Below, in pieces: positions 46,405 through 57,300 of a stretch of DNA of 64,000 nucleotides; position 1 is the stretch's first letter, and each line of letters starts with the position of its first letter. This DNA comes from an uncultured Bdellovibrionales bacterium (GTDB lineage Bacteria > Bdellovibrionota_C > UBA2361 > SZUA-149 > CAZDWZ01), in assembly GCA_964405665.1 (NCBI GenBank), contig CAYOOT010000004.1, positions 8,053 through 72,052 on the forward strand. The letters run 5' to 3'. The notes below the pieces were generated by a model. It was not told the DNA's origin. It did no database searches and worked only from the letters and a program-made list of their open reading frames with translations. Made by a program: the position numbers and the translations under genes.

Positions 46405-47136
46405 TTAATTTGGAAGAATATTATATAACTCATTAGCTACAGCGGGTTGGGCAGTAGTATCATAAGTTATTAAAATACGAGAAAAAGCATCTGGTTTGCT
46501 ATAAGCATTCTTTAATAAATCATCATCAGGAGAAATTCTAACTCCATTTAATGAAGCACCGGCAAACAATCCGCTTTCTGAAGCAAAAGCAAGGACATCA
46601 GAAGCGGTATTAATATTTGCTTCGGCATCTTTTGAGCCTAAAGCGGCACTAAGATCTGCACCGAAAGCTAATGAACCACGACTTAAAGTTTCCTTTGCTT
46701 TCTCATTCATAAACAATAAAACAAGATCAGTATGTTTAACACCAGCTTGTGCACCGATACTTGCCCCAGTGAAATCTAAAAACCCAAGTCTACTCCATTT
46801 ATTTTCTCCACCACGACAAGTAACTACTCCTTCTCCATGTTGTCCACCAACAGCTAAAGCTGCACTGGTAATTTTTGGAAACACGGCAATACATTTTGCT
46901 TTGGCAAAATTGGAATCAGGAATTTTATTTTCTCCTGATTTAAATTGTTTAAGAGTGTTGGCAGAATCTCGAATAAGTTGATTAACATCTTGCGCCGTAC
47001 CAGGCTTCATCATTGCTCTGGCACTGGCATCTATAGCTTTATCTTTGTCACTGCGATCCGCTTGCACAGCAAAGGGCGAACTAATCACTGAAGCCGCTGT
47101 AAGCATTAGTGCGATAAGATGATATTTATATTTCAT
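46405..47136 (-). CDS. SYLF (Ysc84/DUF500)-domain secreted protein/lipoprotein
   Basis: Signal peptide, then IAVFPKITSAALAVGGQHGEGVVTCRGGENKWS...GASIGAQAG...GADLSAALGS...GLFAGASLNGVRI, the Gly-rich beta-sandwich pattern of SYLF domains. Confidence 0.55.
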   Translation of the reverse strand: MKYKYHLIALMLTAASVISSPFAVQADRSDKDKAIDASARAMMKPGTAQDVNQLIRDSANTLKQFKSGENKIPDSNFAKAKCIAVFPKITSAALAVGGQHGEGVVTCRGGENKWSRLGFLDFTGASIGAQAGVKHTDLVLLFMNEKAKETLSRGSLAFGADLSAALGSKDAEANINTASDVLAFASESGLFAGASLNGVRISPDDDLLKNAYSKPDAFSRILITYDTTAQPAVANELYNILPN

Positions 47137-47327
47137 AAAAATTCTCCTTGGATTATTTGCATTAAAAAATATTCAAAGTGAGGCTGTAGGATAAGTCAGT
47201 AAGCCTAATGAGCATATGACAAGGCACATACTCTACAAAGGCTAAATCAACATAGATTTAGAGTTAATTCATAATAGAACAAACACAAATCCATAATCTT
47301 ATTAAACAAAAGAGAAATAATACCGAC

Positions 47328-48674
47328 ATGAAAATTCCCAATAAAATATTAATCTTACTTAAAACTTATTATTTAAATACATTAAAGCGAATTATACTTT
47401 TTTTATTAAGCGGCACTCTGATTAGTTGCAGTTTTCCAATTGTTGGCAATATTCCTCTACTTGAACCGGAACATAAAAATTTTGAAATCAAACATCTTTA
47501 CTCCGTTAGCGATCCTCAGTTTGAAAGAACAGTGGGTAATTTATTAGGCCCTGCTGTTTTCGACGGTAATAAGATTACTACCTTACTAAATGGTGTAGAA
47601 ATTTTCCCTGCTATGTTAGAGGCAATTAAAAATGCAAAAAAAACAATAACTTTTGAAACTTATATTTATTGGAGTGGAGATTATGGAAAACAATTTGCTG
47701 AAGCCTTAGCAGAACGAGCAAAATCCGGGATCAAAGTTCATGTAGTAATTGATTGGTATGGAATTGATCGTTTGGATCAAAGTTTTCTTGGAATCATGCG
47801 CCAAGCTGGTGCCGAGGTATTAGTTTTTCGTACTCCGAAGTGGTACGACCCCAGACGTTGGAAAAGTATTGCTGATGTAAACAATCGCACTCATCGAAAA
47901 ATATTAGTTGTCGATGGAAAAATTGGATTTACTGGAGGGGTTGGTATTGCTGACGAATGGAGAGGAAATGCTGAGTCCCCCGAACATTGGCGGGATACTC
48001 ATTATAAAATTGAAGGTCCGGTAGTAGGAGAATTACAATCAGCTTTTGAAGACAATTGGTTGGAATCAGGTGGCGCTGTATTACATGGAAATGAATATTT
48101 TCCAGCATTACCCAATAAAGGAAATGTTAAGGCCCAAGCCTTTAAAGGTTCAATTGGGGAAGCAACTGCTAATATTGAGTTAATGTATCGCTTGGCCATC
48201 GCCTCAGCGCAACACTCCATAAAAATTTCTAATGCTTATTTTCTTCCTGATAAAGGGATTGTTAAAAGCTTAATTGACGCGGCAAATCGTGGTGTAAAAA
48301 TCGAAATTATAGTTCCTGGTACAAAAACAGATCAAAATATTCTTCGCCTGGGGTCTCGTGCTATTTGGGGTGATTTGCTTAAAGCCGGAATAAAAATTTA
48401 TGAATACCAGCCAACAATGTATCATTGCAAAGTAATGATGATCGATGATTATTTTGTCTCTGTAGGCTCGGCAAATTTTGACAATCGATCTTTTAGATTA
48501 AACGACGAAGTAAACCTAAACATTTTCGATGCAATAGTAGCTAAAGAACAAGTGAAAAATTTTGAACGGGATAAGACACAATCTCAAGAAGTCACATTGA
48601 AAATCTGGCAAAATCGATCTTTTGCGGAAAAAATCTCTAATCAATTTATTCTGCTTTTTCGAAATGATTTATAG
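47328..48674 (+). CDS. Phospholipase D-family protein (cardiolipin synthase ClsB-like), two HKD motifs
   Basis: HKD1 THRKILVVDGKIGFTGG; HKD2 YHCKVMMIDDYFVSVGSANFDNRS. Confidence 0.8.
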   Translation: MKIPNKILILLKTYYLNTLKRIILFLLSGTLISCSFPIVGNIPLLEPEHKNFEIKHLYSVSDPQFERTVGNLLGPAVFDGNKITTLLNGVEIFPAMLEAIKNAKKTITFETYIYWSGDYGKQFAEALAERAKSGIKVHVVIDWYGIDRLDQSFLGIMRQAGAEVLVFRTPKWYDPRRWKSIADVNNRTHRKILVVDGKIGFTGGVGIADEWRGNAESPEHWRDTHYKIEGPVVGELQSAFEDNWLESGGAVLHGNEYFPALPNKGNVKAQAFKGSIGEATANIELMYRLAIASAQHSIKISNAYFLPDKGIVKSLIDAANRGVKIEIIVPGTKTDQNILRLGSRAIWGDLLKAGIKIYEYQPTMYHCKVMMIDDYFVSVGSANFDNRSFRLNDEVNLNIFDAIVAKEQVKNFERDKTQSQEVTLKIWQNRSFAEKISNQFILLFRNDL

Positions 48675-48907
48675 GTAATAAGCGGACTAAAGGGCATCTT
48701 TAAAAATTAACATTAATTGTCATTGCGAAGCGAAAATAGAATTATCTGTCGTTGCGAAGGCGACTGAAGCAATCTCCCTGTGTTTACGTAGAAACTAATT
48801 TGGGTAAACACTGGGAGATTGCTTCGCTTCGCTCGCAACGACAGGCTATTTTATCTTCGCTTCGCAATGACAATCTCTAAAGATTCCCTTTAGTTCGTTT
48901 ATTACCG
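48675..48907. repeat. Composite palindromic element: termini GGTAATAAGCGGACTAAAGGGCATCTTTAAAAATT / CTCTAAAGATTCCCTTTAGTTCGTTTATTACC enclosing a family-C palindrome
   Basis: Direct reading. Termini match repeats at 42046-42077 and 29347-29373; the internal part matches 43495-43690. Confidence 0.65.
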
Positions 48908-49039
48908 ATTTTTTAAATTAATTTAAATATGAACCAAAAAAAAATCCGGAACTAGAAATGCTTTTGCATGACTAATCCCGGAAGTAAATCTCTCGATAGC
49001 TCAAGAGATATTTACCAATACGAATAGTAATAGCTTACT

Positions 49040-49279
49040 TTATCTATCGTACTCTTCTGTAGTAGTTTCACTACGATGTACAATTGGTCGGCCAAATTCA
49101 TCAATATTTTCATGAACGACACGTTTTTTATTAATTACATGCTCACTAGGCACATTACGTTGCTCAATAACCACTCTTTGCGGTGGATGTTCTACTACTG
49201 TTGTTTCTACTCTCTTAGTACAAGCAGAGATAGCTAACAAAGAAACTATCACTGAATAAGAAAAAATTTGCTTTTTCAT
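49040..49279 (-). CDS. Small lipoprotein (79 aa)
   Basis: Signal peptide with lipobox LAISAC; basic/acidic soluble part. Confidence 0.4.
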   Translation of the reverse strand: MKKQIFSYSVIVSLLAISACTKRVETTVVEHPPQRVVIEQRNVPSEHVINKKRVVHENIDEFGRPIVHRSETTTEEYDR

Positions 49280-49378
49280 ATTAATCCTCCATATTGGTAA
49301 TAAAATTGAAAAGTAGCGTGAGGGAAATATTAAAGATATGATCCTTGTCAGCTATAACATTTTTAATATTTATTTTAT

Positions 49379-49609
49379 TTAGTCATTGTCTCTTTCTCTT
49401 CTGTCTTCAGCGTCATCATCCTGTCTGACTCGATTTTTTACATCACGGCCCATTTCTTTTAAATTCTCTTTGCTTCTTACAGCAGAATCATGCACAGAAT
49501 CAGCAGCTTCATCAATGTGTCTTCCTGCTCTTTCCGCCGTACCTTCACGATCATGATGAGCATTACAAGCACAAAATCCTAATAAACCAAAAAATAAAAT
49601 AGTTTTCAT
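49379..49609 (-). CDS. Small secreted charged protein (76 aa), Asp/Arg-rich C-terminus
   Basis: N-terminal signal MKTILFFGLLGFCAC; DDDAEDRRERDND tail. Confidence 0.35.
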   Translation of the reverse strand: MKTILFFGLLGFCACNAHHDREGTAERAGRHIDEAADSVHDSAVRSKENLKEMGRDVKNRVRQDDDAEDRRERDND

Positions 49610-49707
49610 ATATTCTCTCTCCCTATTTGATTGTTATAATTGACGAAAAATAGCAATTGCACTTTGTTACAGGTATGATTCCTGTCATTATTCAATTATC
49701 TGGTTTT

Positions 49708-51378
49708 TTAATTAAAAAAATTCTTACGATAACATTCTTCGCAGAGAATAATATTTTCTTTATTTGCTAAAACAGAATTAAACGTTACCTGACATTGTGA
49801 ACATTCTGTTTCAGCAATCGATAGGGGGCGCGTTTGATTGATTCGCTGATCATGCCTGCAAAAGAAACATTTTTTTGGAGCAGGCGTTTGAAGTTTACGA
49901 TATAAATTCAATTCGGCCTTAGTAATTCTATAGTTTCTGGAACATTTTTCGCAGGAGAACAATTCATTAACGATTTCATCTTTAGTCTGGGCTATTGTAT
50001 CGGGAATAATTGCCGAAGTAATAAGATATTCATCAGAGTTTTTATCTTTCCATTTGTAACAGCTTTTCTTTGCTTCTTCTTCAGTAAGTGGATGCAATTG
50101 ATTAGCCAAAGTTTCGTTATAAGCAAAAGGAGAAATATGAGCCGGAAAAAAATTACCCCACTCTTTTGTCTCTTGTAAATGAGCAATAATTTTTGGAAGT
50201 AATTTTTGATATTCTTCTTTTGAGTATTGTTTATTCAAAATACAATACTGCTGTTTTTTCATTCCCGAACAGCCAAAAAGATTTTTACTGTAAAAAGAAT
50301 TAACTGAATAAGAAACTTCCTGGCTGTACCAAACCAAAAAACTAAAAATCACTCGATAATTTTTTTCTAGATTTGTACTAAAGTATTGCAATTCGGAATT
50401 ATCAAAACAATTTGCATCAAAACAATCCTTATTACCATCTCCCAAATAGCAATAAGCACAATCTTCGGAGTTCTTTAAAGAATACGCAGCAAAACTATTT
50501 TTGCAGTTAAATAGCATATCGCCAAAAGAATTTTCGCAATTAGTAATTAAAGAGCCTCTTTTTGCCTGTTGAAAATAAAAATTATGAAATTGAGTGAATA
50601 TCTCTTTTTGCTTACTAAGATTTAAAAAATCTTCCCGCAGGCTTTTAATTTGCAAATGATATTCTTCTTTGCTTAGTTGCTGATTATAAATACAATATTG
50701 CGAATTATGAAGATTTACACAGCCAAAACAATCTCTGCAACTGTAACAATAGGCACAAAGTGTTAGATTGGAAGAGTTCTGACAATATTCACAATTCAAA
50801 CAAGAATAAAGATTTTCAGACTGAATACAATCTTTACAAAGTTCACATTTATAAACATCAAAACAATCCACTGAATCTTTGGAATAAAAAATCCTGTAAC
50901 TATAGTAACAATCTTCTGCTCCTAAACCGCCAACAACCATATAACAATTTTTATTTTCAGAGGAATAGTTCGTATATTCAGAATTTTCACTTTTCGAATT
51001 TTGAATGGCCACTTTCGGAACTCTTAAATTAAGTTCAGCAAATTGTTCAAAAAAAGTTTTTGAAAAATCAAACGGTTGACCATAAGATAAGGGATCATAT
51101 TGATCACTCCACCAAACATTTTGATCATATACTTGATAAGTAGAATCAGGGGAATAAACTGATATTAAATTTTTTCCGGAAAAATCACATTTTCTTTTAT
51201 AAAAAGAGAATTCATTGCGAAAAGCTAATCGGGATTTTTGCCGGCAATTGGGGCATAATTTAGGAAGTGGTAACTGATAGGAAATAGAATCGAGGACAGG
51301 AGAAACTTTTTTGATGAATTCAATCTCTTCTTTTCGAATTAAAAAATTTTTATTGCATTCTAAGCAGACTGAATTCAT
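49708..51378 (-). CDS. Cysteine-rich repeat protein, paralogue 1 (~556 aa, ~10% Cys)
   Basis: ORF 49708..51384 (TTG); ATG MNSVCLEC preferred. N-terminal CxxC...CPNC, conserved WWSDQYD...FDFSKTFFEQF block, central run of C-x2-C-x2-C repeats (CAYCYSCRDCFGCVNL...), C-terminal CEKC...CFFC. Confidence 0.5.
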   Translation of the reverse strand: MNSVCLECNKNFLIRKEEIEFIKKVSPVLDSISYQLPLPKLCPNCRQKSRLAFRNEFSFYKRKCDFSGKNLISVYSPDSTYQVYDQNVWWSDQYDPLSYGQPFDFSKTFFEQFAELNLRVPKVAIQNSKSENSEYTNYSSENKNCYMVVGGLGAEDCYYSYRIFYSKDSVDCFDVYKCELCKDCIQSENLYSCLNCEYCQNSSNLTLCAYCYSCRDCFGCVNLHNSQYCIYNQQLSKEEYHLQIKSLREDFLNLSKQKEIFTQFHNFYFQQAKRGSLITNCENSFGDMLFNCKNSFAAYSLKNSEDCAYCYLGDGNKDCFDANCFDNSELQYFSTNLEKNYRVIFSFLVWYSQEVSYSVNSFYSKNLFGCSGMKKQQYCILNKQYSKEEYQKLLPKIIAHLQETKEWGNFFPAHISPFAYNETLANQLHPLTEEEAKKSCYKWKDKNSDEYLITSAIIPDTIAQTKDEIVNELFSCEKCSRNYRITKAELNLYRKLQTPAPKKCFFCRHDQRINQTRPLSIAETECSQCQVTFNSVLANKENIILCEECYRKNFFN

Positions 51379-51471
51379 ATACAATTATAACAATTTTGGA
51401 ATAATATAGCATATCTTTTAAATAATAATATTCTGTTATATAGTTTAATTCTTTAATAAACGGAGTTAATC

Positions 51472-52086
51472 TTGCAAAAATATTCTGTTAAAATTTTAAT
51501 ATTTTTCCTTTTTTATTTAATTGAAGGATTTAATTATAGCGCCATGAGTCAAAACTTAGAAACAACAACTTTAGGTGGAGGATGCTTTTGGTGTATGGAA
51601 GCAGTCTATCAAGACTTAAAAGGAGTGGAGAAAGTAGTTTCCGGTTATAGCGGAGGAAATTTGGAAAACCCAACATATGAACAAGTCGCCACCGGCAGAA
51701 CCAATCATGCTGAGGTTGTGCAAATTACTTTTAATCCGCAAGTTATTACTTATCAAAAACTTTTAGAAATATTTTTCCACTTGCACGATCCGACAACATT
51801 AAATCGTCAAGGTGCCGATATTGGAACAGAGTATCGTTCCGTTATTTTTTATCATAATGAAAATCAGCATACATTAGCCCTTGAAACAATCAAGGAAATT
51901 GAAAAGCAAAAACTCTATCTCAATCAAATAGTAACTCAAGTTGTTCCTTTGGAAAAATTTTATCCGGGAGAAGACTATCAACAAAATTATTATAAAAGTA
52001 ATCCTACTAACAGATATTGTCAGTTGGTAGTTGCTGAAAAAGTGAATAAAGCGCGTAAGCTTTATCATGATCTATTTAAGAATTAA
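51472..52086 (+). CDS. msrA: Peptide-methionine (S)-S-oxide reductase
   Basis: Active-site GGGCFWCMEAVYQ and downstream GYSGGNLENPTYEQV...HAEVVQITFNP. Hydrophobic N-terminal 24 aa may be a signal/anchor or the start may be the internal MSQNLE. Confidence 0.85.
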   Translation: MQKYSVKILIFFLFYLIEGFNYSAMSQNLETTTLGGGCFWCMEAVYQDLKGVEKVVSGYSGGNLENPTYEQVATGRTNHAEVVQITFNPQVITYQKLLEIFFHLHDPTTLNRQGADIGTEYRSVIFYHNENQHTLALETIKEIEKQKLYLNQIVTQVVPLEKFYPGEDYQQNYYKSNPTNRYCQLVVAEKVNKARKLYHDLFKN

Positions 52087-52632
52087 TTGCCTGATAAAAA
52101 TCAAAAAGGAAATAATTATATGGATGATCTATATGTCAATTTATTAAGTGCGATACTGGGTGCTTTTGCCAGCGGTCTTTTTGGCATTATTTCGGAAAAA
52201 AGCCGCCATCGCCAAGAAGTGCTCAGTATTGCCAATGCTTTTTATGGCGAAGTCAAGGCAATTTTAGAAAAAGTAGAACGTAGAGGATATATACAAATTC
52301 TTCGTCAAGCGGAGAAAGACAAAAAATTTATTCATATTGATGCCAAGCAAAATTATTTTGAAGTATTTGCAAATAACTGCGAACGGATTGGCCTCGTTCC
52401 CGCTGATTTGACTTTTGAAATCACAAAATTTTATATTTTTGCCAAAGCCTTTGTAGAAGATACTGATAGTTATTGTTCCTTGAGCGCACAAAACATCAAT
52501 AATTCTGCAAATTATACTGAGATGGCCGACATTCTAGAAGAAATTAGAAGTACCGGAAATAAAATTATTGAAAAAGTTGAAACAATGAATGGCACTGAAA
52601 AAAGACGGTCAAAACTTTTTAGTTTTTCTTAA
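52087..52632 (+). CDS. Hypothetical protein (181 aa)
   Basis: ORF starting 1 nt after msrA stop; N-terminal hydrophobic segment LLSAILGAFASGLFGII. Confidence 0.3.
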   Translation: MPDKNQKGNNYMDDLYVNLLSAILGAFASGLFGIISEKSRHRQEVLSIANAFYGEVKAILEKVERRGYIQILRQAEKDKKFIHIDAKQNYFEVFANNCERIGLVPADLTFEITKFYIFAKAFVEDTDSYCSLSAQNINNSANYTEMADILEEIRSTGNKIIEKVETMNGTEKRRSKLFSFS

Positions 52633-52642
52633 TATTAAATTT

Positions 52643-54193
52643 TTAAAAAATGCCAATTCTGGTTTTCTTTTGCATTTCTATCAGTAAAATAGACCAATGT
52701 TTTCTGGGAATCGGACAATTTTGTCGAAGAAATGCTTTGAGTTCTTGTTTGCTAATTTTATAGGGCTTTGCACTGCTTTCGCAGAATAACTCTTTTTCAC
52801 AAAGTTCTTCTGAAAATAAAAGAAGATCATCGGGTAATTCTGTTTTTTCATTTGTATTTACCGTTTGCTCTTTTTTTAAAGAGAGTAAACCTCGATCTTT
52901 TATTTGCTGATCGGTTAATTCCACTAAAGCATAATTTGCCCAAGAATCTTGATAACAACCTTGATATAGCTCAGGAGGAAACCATTTCCCCCACTCTCCG
53001 GTTGATTGCAGATGTTTAATGACTCGCGGCAATAGATCTTCATATTCTTCTTTTGAATATTCTTTATTTAAAATACAGTAATTTTTCGTTTTCAGGAAAA
53101 AACAACCGAAAACATCATGACAACCATTATAACAACAAAAAGAATAAAAGTTGTTGCGGGCATTGCCAATTGCTCCGTCACAAAAGAAACAATTATAGGC
53201 ATTTAAGACCCCGGTCACGAAATAACAGCGCTCAGAATTCCTTGCCCAAAGGGCCGTATAACAATCACGAGCATTGTTTGAAAAAATTATATCCTTACAA
53301 TCCTCACAATTGCTGGAATAAAAAACGTTATTACAATTTTTAGAATTGGAAACATGATAGACATCCGAACAATTTTCATTTTTAAAATTTGTATTATAAT
53401 CGCGTTTATCTTTAAAAAATTCTTCCGCTGCTGCAGTTATTTCTAATTGTTGATGATATGAACCTAAATTTAAGGATTTAAAATGTCTTTCCCAGACCTC
53501 GGCTGTGACTTTTTCATTTCTAATATAGTAGCCATCTTGTGCTTGCCTTAGTCCCACACATTGAAAGCAATTTTTGCAACCGATACAATCCAAGCACCAA
53601 AAACAATCATTGCAATTTTGACAATCTTGGAGAAAACGAGAATTATAAATATTATTGCAATCAAGACAAGAATAACAAAGCTCGGAATTACTCACGCCAC
53701 TACAAAGCAGTAAATCTGTAGATGTAGAACAAAGAGCACAGTAAATACTTTCTCTAAGATTTTCACAGGCAAAACAAAGATGACAATCTTTTAGTTGTAC
53801 GCAGGCATTGACATAAGGAGAATTTTCACAATTAACTCGATTAATTGAAGGCGCATAGGATTTTCTGGCAACTTCGATAAATTGATCAAAAAATGGTCGA
53901 GAAAAATCATATTCTTGCCCGGCTCTGGTGTTGTCACATTGATCACTCCAAAACCATTCTGGAGCAACCCCAATAATCGCACCGTTCATCGACCAACGAG
54001 TAAGAATCGGAGTTTTGGTAACAGGACAAATTGTTTTTTGAAAATTAAAAGGTCCAGCTTGACCGGCAGAATAAATCCAATTCTCTAGAGCGGACTTGTC
54101 TGGAAGCGGCAGTTGAAATTCCTTAAGCAGTTGCTCTTCTCGCTCCAATACCAAAAAATCTTGTCCACTAATCGAACATTTAAGCTTTTTCAC
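52643..54193 (-). CDS. Cysteine-rich repeat protein, paralogue 2 (516 aa)
   Basis: Shares with 49708..51378 the blocks FWSDQCD...YDFSRPFFDQF, the C-x2-C-rich core (CLDCNNIY...CQNCNDCFWCLDCIGCKNCFQCVGL), and KNYCILNKEYSKEEYEDLLP / EWGKWFP. Confidence 0.5.
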   Translation of the reverse strand: MKKLKCSISGQDFLVLEREEQLLKEFQLPLPDKSALENWIYSAGQAGPFNFQKTICPVTKTPILTRWSMNGAIIGVAPEWFWSDQCDNTRAGQEYDFSRPFFDQFIEVARKSYAPSINRVNCENSPYVNACVQLKDCHLCFACENLRESIYCALCSTSTDLLLCSGVSNSELCYSCLDCNNIYNSRFLQDCQNCNDCFWCLDCIGCKNCFQCVGLRQAQDGYYIRNEKVTAEVWERHFKSLNLGSYHQQLEITAAAEEFFKDKRDYNTNFKNENCSDVYHVSNSKNCNNVFYSSNCEDCKDIIFSNNARDCYTALWARNSERCYFVTGVLNAYNCFFCDGAIGNARNNFYSFCCYNGCHDVFGCFFLKTKNYCILNKEYSKEEYEDLLPRVIKHLQSTGEWGKWFPPELYQGCYQDSWANYALVELTDQQIKDRGLLSLKKEQTVNTNEKTELPDDLLLFSEELCEKELFCESSAKPYKISKQELKAFLRQNCPIPRKHWSILLIEMQKKTRIGIF

Positions 54194-54302
54194 AGTTCTT
54201 CCATACTCAAAATACTTAATATTTACAAAAAGTTATCTTTTTAGAACAAATTTTTAGCTAAAGATTAAATGATTTCAGACACTTGTATTCCCTACTAGAA
54301 TA

Positions 54303-57300
54303 TTGTATTATCTGGGATTTTGTAAATTAATAATAGCAGCTCTGATAATGACATTTTATCAAAATGATCCCAAGACAATAGAAATAAAAAATGCTGGGAA
54401 AATACCAGCCAACTTACCCGCACCGGCTGCAGAAATCGAAAAAGCTATCTTACAACGTAATAATCAAAAAAAAGAATTAGTTTTAGAAAACAAAAATCTT
54501 CAGCAGCAGGCAGAAAAATATCAATGGTGGGAATGTCGGATGAGAGTCGGACTAATGGTCTGCGCTTCTATTCTGATTTTTTCCATTGGAGGCTATGTTG
54601 CAGTAGCTTTGGCTTCTAAAGTTGTTCTGGGATATTTAGGAACAGCTGCATTAACAACAATCGGTTCAAAGCTGGCCGTCGCCGGTTTGGCCTCAATTGT
54701 TGGTGCTGCCGCTACTCCCTTAATAGGAGCAACCACAAGAACTATTTTAAATGTTGTGGAAAATTTCAGCTTTTTTAATAGCAAAAGTTACTCTCAAGCT
54801 TATCTAGACAGCAAAGATCATTTTACCAAGGAAACTCTTTCTAAAAATCAAATTGCAGAAGATTCAATAAGTGGTTTAGGAGCGGGAGCAGCCGGGGGAA
54901 TCGGTAAATTATTTAAACCTTTTCAAGAAGTGCTGGCAAAATCCAGAAGTTTATATGCTGTTACTAGTGGTGGAGCTACAGCCTCAGTTAGTCAAGGGAT
55001 TTCTTCTCCGCTGCGGCAACTTTATCAAAGAAATGAATTGGAAAATAACTTAATTCAGGAATGTGAAGAAAATAATATTCAAGGAAAAGCCCGGGAAGAA
55101 TTAATTTTAGAAAAAATCAAAGAAAGATCTCTTGATCTGCAAGGAATGAGTACAACTTTTACTAAAGACGTTACTCAAGCATTTCTTAGCGGCGGCATTG
55201 GCGGACGATTTGAATTATCTCGTCTTAACGGAGCACAAGCTGCTTCTAAATTTGCCTGCTTAAAAGTAGATGTTGGAGATTTTGTCAGCGCTAGCGCGAT
55301 CGGACTTTTTCGTGCCCGGTGGGACACGCCGGAGATGAATTTCGATCAATTAATCGATACAACAATTCAAGAAACAGGAAATAATTTTAAAAGTGTGATT
55401 CAAGCTCGATATGCGGTGAATCCAGAAAGTGCGAGAAGACGAGGGGAAAGGACTATTGCAAAAAACCTCGATCAGCCCACTGCGGTAGAAAGCCCTGCTC
55501 GTGTTTTTGATGATACTCAAACATTTAGGTCGCAAAATGCTGATGATTTTTCTGTAATTGCAACGTTAACAGTAATTACTCATTATTTGAATCTTATACC
55601 CTCCCGCTATGTCAGGGATCCGCGAACATTTCTGAATCAAAATGAAGTACAACAAATTAACAGAATTGCTGCAGTTAAAGATTGTCCCTATCCCGAACAA
55701 TCTCTTCGGATGTTAGCAATGTTAGAAAAAGCAGCTGAAGTCTATTTAGTAGATCATCCTCCTGAAATGGCAGTTACTCAAAGGGAAATACATATCAGTG
55801 ATATATTTGGAACAATGACTCATACAATCTCCCTTGCCTTCTTACATTTATCTGCTGGGGATCTGTCTTTGGGCAAAAATATAAGAAATGTTGGAGACGT
55901 GCCTCATTTAAGAAAACCCCTGGAGAATGCAATTGCCTTGGTAGCAGAAGTTAATACTGCAAATGGGAGAAAAGTTATCGGATGCATCCATAGTCATGCC
56001 TACGATACTACACCGGGCAATCATATTGCTGTTAATCAGGCTCAAAATAAAATTTCTGGTATTCATATTGATAATATAACAATGCTTCCTCCATATGACT
56101 CCCGATTATTGGTTAAAGAATGGTGTCAAAGGATAGTTACAGAAATATTTTCTTCCCCGTTAAACATAAATACCGAAATCACCGCAACAGTTACAAGGCA
56201 TACTGCTTATACAACTGCATTTCCAATAATCTTTGGGGAATTAAGAAAACTTCGTCCTGATTTAAATTTTGTTTTGGAAGAAGTAAGTCATAAGGGGGTT
56301 ATCAAGATAAAAATAAAACCTTCTATTATCTTTGATTATCAGCCTTTGATTGAATCATTAAGCCTGATACCAGAATCTAGCTCTAGAAAGCGGGCTATTG
56401 ATTCCTTACTGCAGAGTAAAAATATACCAGATAGTAAAACAAGAAGACTCTTGCGGGAGGCAGTCACTGATTCTCTAATAACTATTTTAGAAAATCCCAA
56501 TCGCTGGCTCATTGATATGTATTTGCCTGATGTGAAAAAATTGCTGCCGATTATGGGAGATGATATTTTTAAAAATCCTCCTCTCAAAGAAGCTCTAAAA
56601 AAGAGCTTAGTTACCGCAATAAAAAATTTAAAGGGAGATGCCGCCTGGTGTATTTTTCAATTAATGCAAGTAAATGAGATAGAAATAGATCTGGAATTAA
56701 GAAACCGTATTGCTAAAGTGACAGATCAAGCTTTGAAAAACGCCAAATCCAAACGTGCACAATTTAATCATTCTAATGTAGATCTCGATAATACTCTAGA
56801 TTTCATAGAATTTGATCTTGCTTGGTGCAATTTAATTAGAACAATTGCCCTAGGCGAAGAAAGGCTTGCTAAAAATCAAATTTCGCATCTCTACATTTGG
56901 GTTCATCCTGAATATAGGGATTTTGGAATTTGCGACAATGAACATCATTGGCAACGTACTTATAAATTTTTGGATGAGTTAACTGAAAATCCTCAATGTG
57001 CCTTAGCTGTTTGTTCCTGGTTGCCTCAAAGAGATATTGCTTCTGTTCGTCGTCGAGCCAAAGAAGAATGGTTTACTAAAGACAAAACTGAGCGTTATCT
57101 TAAATTTGTGGAAAAGCAAGAAGAGTTTTATCGGGAAGCTCAGAAAAGATTGGGAAATAGATTTATCTTCTGGCCTACTGGAATGATTGACTTAAATAAC
57201 CCCTCTAATCATTACTATGAAGTTGATTATCTAGGTAATATTTTTAATATAGATCCTCGGTGCTTTGATAATTATAATCAGCCATTACTATTGCAATACG

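Noticed and set aside
51472-51543. Possible alternative start or signal peptide for msrA
   Set aside because: It is unresolved rather than rejected. The hydrophobic 24-aa N-terminus could be a signal anchor (periplasmic MsrA) or untranslated leader. Both are plausible without experimental 5' mapping, so I kept the long ORF coordinates.
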